Of a DNA stretch of 64,000 nt, positions 60,349 through 64,000 are shown in pieces. The notes below the pieces were generated by a model, which searched no databases, was not told the DNA's origin, and saw only the letters and a list, made by a program, of their open reading frames with translations. The DNA comes from a bacterium (GTDB taxonomy: Bacteria > Krumholzibacteriota > Krumholzibacteriia > G020349025): NCBI GenBank assembly GCA_031362565.1, contig JANLSU010000051.1:26566-90565 (forward strand). The letters are read 5' to 3'. The first letter of the stretch is position 1. Every line of letters begins with the position of its first letter. A program made the translations under genes and the position numbers.

Positions 60349-62439
60349 TCAGTGCGATTCCTGGTGATGCTGCGCGACGCTCGCTTTGTGCTCGGCGATA
60401 ATCATATCGGTGGCTTCGCGCGGCACCTCTTCGTAGTGCGAGAACTCGCGCGTGTGTGACGCACGGCCATGGGTCAATGAACGCAGCCCGGTCGCGTAGG
60501 TGTACAGCTCCGCGAGCGGCGCCTCGGCGCGCACGATCTGCACGCCATCCGTTTGGTCCATGCCCTGAATGCGCCCACGGCGCGACGACAGATCACCCAT
60601 GACATCGCCCATGTACTGCTCCGGCACCCGCACGGTCACTTTGTAGATGGGCTCGAGGAGCACCGGCTTGGCCTTGGGGATCGCCAGCTTGAAGGCATGT
60701 GACCCCGCCATCTTGAACGCCGCTTCCGACGAATCGACCGGATGGTCCTTGCCGTCGTCGACGATCACCCGCACGTCGACGACCGGATACCCGGCAACGA
60801 CGCCCTCGGCCATGGCCTCGTGAACGCCCTTCTCCACCGCCGGAAGGAACTTGGTCGGAATGACTCCGCCGACCACCGCATTCACGAATTCGAACTTGCC
60901 GCCGCGCGGCAGCGGTTCGACCTTCAAGTGCACTTCCCCGAACTGGCCGCGGCCGCCGCTCTGTTTCTTGTGACGGTAGCGCTCGTCGGCGCTGCCCTTG
61001 ATCGTCTCGCGGTACGGCGTGCGCGGCGGGTCGGTCTCGACCTCGACGCCGAACTTGCGCTTGAGCTTGCCGAGGACGATCGCCAGATGCGTATCACCTT
61101 GGCCGTGCAGTAATGTCTGATGCGTTTCGGAATTCACCACGACTTTGAACGCCGGATCCTCTTCGTGCAAGCGCTGCAACGCACCGGACAGCTTGTCCTC
61201 GTCGCCCTTGCCCTTGGCACGAATCGCCGTCGTCACGAGGGGCTCCGGCAACACCGGGAACGCCAGCACCATCGGTGCCGTCCGATCGCACAACGTGTTG
61301 CCGGTGTGCGTCGACTTGAGTTTGACGACCGCGCCGATGTCGCCGGCCGACAGCGCCTCGATGTCGGTCCGCAATCTGCCGTTCAACGCGTATACGGGCC
61401 CCGAGCGCTCCGGCTGCCCGGTGGAGCCGTTCAGCAATTCGAGGCCGGCCACGAGCCGGCCGCTGAAGACCCGCACGTAGGTATAGTCGCCGATATTCGG
61501 CTCCGAAAACGCTTTGAAGGCCAACGCCGCCAATGGTTCCGACGGCAAAGACTTGCGATCCAGAGTCTCGCTGCCGCCCGGTTTGGTGCCGCGCACCACG
61601 ATCCCCGCCGGACTCGGTGCGAGTTCGATGATGGCGTCGAGCAAAGCCGCCACGCCTTGGGAGCGACCTCCGCAGGCGACGAGCGCCGGGTACACGGCGC
61701 CATTGGCGACCGCGAGCACCAACCCGGTGCGAAATTCGGCTTCCGTGAGTTCGCCGGTCTCCAGGAACTTCTCGGTCAACGCGTCGTCGGTCTCGGCTGC
61801 AGCGGTCATGAGCGCTTCACGTGCCGTCGCGACCGCAGCCGCCAATTCGGCAGGGACGGCAGTTTCGGTCGCGCCGTTGGCGCCAAACAGAAAAGCCTTC
61901 TGATGCAAGACGTCGACCCAGCCTTTGAATCCTTCACCATGGCCGATCGGGAGATGCAGCGGCGCCACCTTGTCCGACAAATGGCGGCGCAAGTCCGTCA
62001 CGACGCGATCGAAATTGGCGTGTTCCTTGTCCATTTGATTCACGACGACGAAGCGCGGTTTCGCGAGCACGTCCAGGACGCGCCACGCCTTCTCGGCGCC
62101 AACTTCGAGGCCGGCGTCGGCCTTCGCCATCACGATGCCGGTTTCGACCGCCGCCAGCGCGCCCCATTGTTCGACCGCGAAGTCGTCATAGCCTGGAGTG
62201 TCGATCAGATTGATCTTGTGATCTTTCCATTCGACGTGCACGAGCTTCGACTGGATGGAGAAACGGCGATCGATTTCTTCCGGCGAGAAATCGAGATTTG
62301 AATTTCCATCATCGACCTTCCCGGCTCGCGTCACTTGCTTGGTCTCGAAGAGCACCGACTCCAGAAACGTCGTCTTGCCGGTATGCAGGTGACCGACGAG
62401 TGCCACGTTGCGGATCTTGTCGACGTCGTAGACTTTCAA
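60349..62439 (-). CDS. fusA: Elongation factor G paralog (EF-G2 type)
   Basis: TTG with GGAGG RBS; IRNVALVGH..TGKTT, NLIDTPGY, YRETI, KKQSGGRGQFG, H.VDSSE.AFK.A, LLEPI; not in an rpsL-rpsG-tuf operon. Confidence 0.9.
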   Translation of the reverse strand: MKVYDVDKIRNVALVGHLHTGKTTFLESVLFETKQVTRAGKVDDGNSNLDFSPEEIDRRFSIQSKLVHVEWKDHKINLIDTPGYDDFAVEQWGALAAVETGIVMAKADAGLEVGAEKAWRVLDVLAKPRFVVVNQMDKEHANFDRVVTDLRRHLSDKVAPLHLPIGHGEGFKGWVDVLHQKAFLFGANGATETAVPAELAAAVATAREALMTAAAETDDALTEKFLETGELTEAEFRTGLVLAVANGAVYPALVACGGRSQGVAALLDAIIELAPSPAGIVVRGTKPGGSETLDRKSLPSEPLAALAFKAFSEPNIGDYTYVRVFSGRLVAGLELLNGSTGQPERSGPVYALNGRLRTDIEALSAGDIGAVVKLKSTHTGNTLCDRTAPMVLAFPVLPEPLVTTAIRAKGKGDEDKLSGALQRLHEEDPAFKVVVNSETHQTLLHGQGDTHLAIVLGKLKRKFGVEVETDPPRTPYRETIKGSADERYRHKKQSGGRGQFGEVHLKVEPLPRGGKFEFVNAVVGGVIPTKFLPAVEKGVHEAMAEGVVAGYPVVDVRVIVDDGKDHPVDSSEAAFKMAGSHAFKLAIPKAKPVLLEPIYKVTVRVPEQYMGDVMGDLSSRRGRIQGMDQTDGVQIVRAEAPLAELYTYATGLRSLTHGRASHTREFSHYEEVPREATDMIIAEHKASVAQHHQESH

Positions 62440-62528
62440 GGGAGCCTCCAAGGTGCGACAGAGTAGTCGGAACGCGACCAGCGCCCCCCAGGAACCGCCG
62501 CCCGCGGTGCGTTCGTAGCCTTGCCCGC

Positions 62529-62557
62529 AGTGTAAACCTGGCGCGCCTCCCCGTCAA
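62529..62557 (-). promoter_or_regulatory. Sigma70 promoter for EF-G2/yebC/ruv run
   Basis: Minus strand TTGACG-17 nt-TACACT. Confidence 0.7.
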
Positions 62558-62624
62558 CGCGACCCCCAACGTATCTGACAATCCCAGAGTCGCTTGCCCG
62601 TGCCAGCCCGCGCCGAAGCGGCGC

Positions 62625-62653
62625 TTGTCCCACGGTCCCGGCGCCCCTACACT
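62625..62653 (+). promoter_or_regulatory. Candidate sigma70 promoter for glycosyltransferase
   Basis: TTGTCC-17 nt-TACACT, divergent from the EF-G2 promoter. Confidence 0.55.
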
Positions 62654-62689
62654 GCGGCGAGGATGCCGCACCGCACATTGGGAGAAGGA

Positions 62690-63796
62690 TTGAGCCTGCG
62701 CCGTCCGTTCCGAATCCTACACCTGGGTCCGGTGGCCGCGACCGCCGTCGGTGGCATCAGCGCTTACTTGGTGGGGCTCCTGGCGACGCCGCGCCCGGCT
62801 CATTTCGAGATCACCGCCGTCGATACGAGCGGCATGGCGTGGCGGCGCCTTCGTGTCCTGCGGCCGGTCGCGACACTGCTCTTTTCGAGCCGGCTCGTGT
62901 GGCGCCTCGCAACCCGGCGCACCGACCTCGTCCACGTGCATTCGTCGAGTCAATTGTCGTTTTGGGAAAAGGCCTTCCTGGTCGCGCTCGCGCGCCGGCT
63001 CGGGGCGCGAACCGTGCTGCATCTCCACGACGGCGGCGCCGTGCCGTGGCTCGAATCGCTCGGGCCGCGCGCCGCCGGGTTCGCAAGACGGGCGCTCACC
63101 GGCGCGGACCGCGTGATTGTGCTCAACGAGCCGGCGCGCCGCGGCGTCGAGCAGTTCGCGCCACGCGCCCAGGTCGTGACGCTGCCGAATGCCATTCATG
63201 TCGAGACGTTCGCGCCGGCGGCCGCTCGCCCGGCGCGCAAGGGACCGGTCGAGATTCTCTTTGTCGGCATGCTGAGTGAAGAGAAGGGCCTGGACGATCT
63301 GCGCGCCGCGCTCTGTGAACTCGTGCCGAGGTCCGACTGGCACGCGAACATCGCCGGCGAGGGCCCACAGAAGGGTGATCGGCAACGCCGGCAGGCCGAA
63401 TTCGAAGCGGCCGGTCTGCGTGGCCGCGTGCAGTTTCACGGCATGGTCACGGGCGACGCCAAGCTCGCCTTGTTGACCGCCGCCGATCTCTTCGTCCTGC
63501 CATCACGCTCGGAAAGCTTCGGGATCGCCAACCTCGAAGCAATGGCCGCCGGGCTGCCGGTCGTGTCGACGCGCGTCGGCGCGATCCCCGACTACATCGA
63601 CCACGGCGTGCACGGCTTGCTGGTGCCGCCCGCCGACGTGCCGGCGCTCACCGCCGCGCTCCAAATGCTCCTCGAGGACCCGGCCCTGCGCACCCGGCTC
63701 GGCGCCCAATCCCGAGTGCGCGTCGCCGACTACGACTGGTCGCGCGTGCTCACGCAATTGACCGCGGTCTACGAATCGATCCTGAGAAGCAAATAA
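62690..63796 (+). CDS. Glycosyltransferase family 4
   Basis: GGIS.Y, DLVHVH, LPNAI, ILFVG.L..EKG, AD.FVLPS..ESFG...LEAMAAGLPVVSTRVG.IP; start TTG 62690 (or ATG 62663). Confidence 0.9.
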   Translation: MSLRRPFRILHLGPVAATAVGGISAYLVGLLATPRPAHFEITAVDTSGMAWRRLRVLRPVATLLFSSRLVWRLATRRTDLVHVHSSSQLSFWEKAFLVALARRLGARTVLHLHDGGAVPWLESLGPRAAGFARRALTGADRVIVLNEPARRGVEQFAPRAQVVTLPNAIHVETFAPAAARPARKGPVEILFVGMLSEEKGLDDLRAALCELVPRSDWHANIAGEGPQKGDRQRRQAEFEAAGLRGRVQFHGMVTGDAKLALLTAADLFVLPSRSESFGIANLEAMAAGLPVVSTRVGAIPDYIDHGVHGLLVPPADVPALTAALQMLLEDPALRTRLGAQSRVRVADYDWSRVLTQLTAVYESILRSK

Positions 63797-64000
63797 TCCG
63801 CGCAAACCGGCGGGGATCGCTGGTGCGTGGCGGTCTTCGGGGGTGTGGGACCCCCGCCCACTCAGACAGAACGGGCCGCGCCGCGCGCTTCGCGCGCAAT
63901 ATTGGTTGCGCGAGCCCGTTAACTCGCGGTCGGGGGTCCCACACCCCCGAAGACCGCCACGCACCAGCGATCCCCGCCGGGTTGCGCGGATTATTTGCTT
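63787..64000. repeat. Palindromic REP/MITE-like element, copy 2, with 70-bp inverted arms (may extend past window edge)
   Basis: 63787-63856 is the reverse complement of 63931-64000 with one mismatch; core 63833-63954 matches copy 1. Confidence 0.88.

Noticed and set aside
63787..64000. Window-end palindrome as a pure assembly fold-back artifact
   Set aside because: Arms have a mismatch, enclose a 74-nt non-mirrored centre, and the core recurs at 42759 with compensatory change; read check still advisable

Overview
A GC-rich bacterial chromosomal window with no phage, transposase, integrase, CRISPR array, rRNA or tRNA that I can see. Several secreted proteins carry FlgD-Ig/T9SS-like C-terminal domains or a short 'VE..xWxx[VM]KxLYR' tail, and there is a gingipain-like C25 peptidase. 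Together these suggest an FCB-related candidate lineage such as Krumholzibacteria, Eisenbacteria or Latescibacteria (inference). The left ~44 kb is accessory. It holds dusB (partial), pilT coupled to an MshEN-REC-DUF4388 protein, DUF4198 and HupE/UreJ genes, DUF4331, DUF5916, AraC, ChrB, MFS/TPR, an Fpv-like metal ABC cluster, an ECF sigma/RskA pair, a methyltransferase, a GHL15-like hydrolase, an Lhr helicase, an orphan SBP-histidine kinase-response regulator operon, a phosphoesterase and a 2,140-aa C25 peptidase. The right ~18 kb is a minus-strand housekeeping run: EF-G2, yebC, ruvCAB, queA, tgt, yajC, def, fmt, rsmB, PASTA, rpe, ffh, rpsP, khpA, rimM, trmD, rplS, rnhB, a pgsA-like gene, a HAD gene and yraN. 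A GT4 glycosyltransferase follows on the plus strand. The most notable observations are: (1) a shared C(A/G)TCC-N16-CGTA promoter motif linking the ECF sigma to DUF4331 and DUF4198-HupE; (2) a short C-terminal tail shared by two unrelated secreted proteins, a candidate sorting signal; (3) two copies of a structured palindromic element with a compensatory base change, one next to a strand-biased mutational patch; (4) a putative c-di-GMP-binding partner of PilT; (5) a permease-less SBP that may act as a kinase sensor. All family assignments are by eye from motifs; no searches were run.
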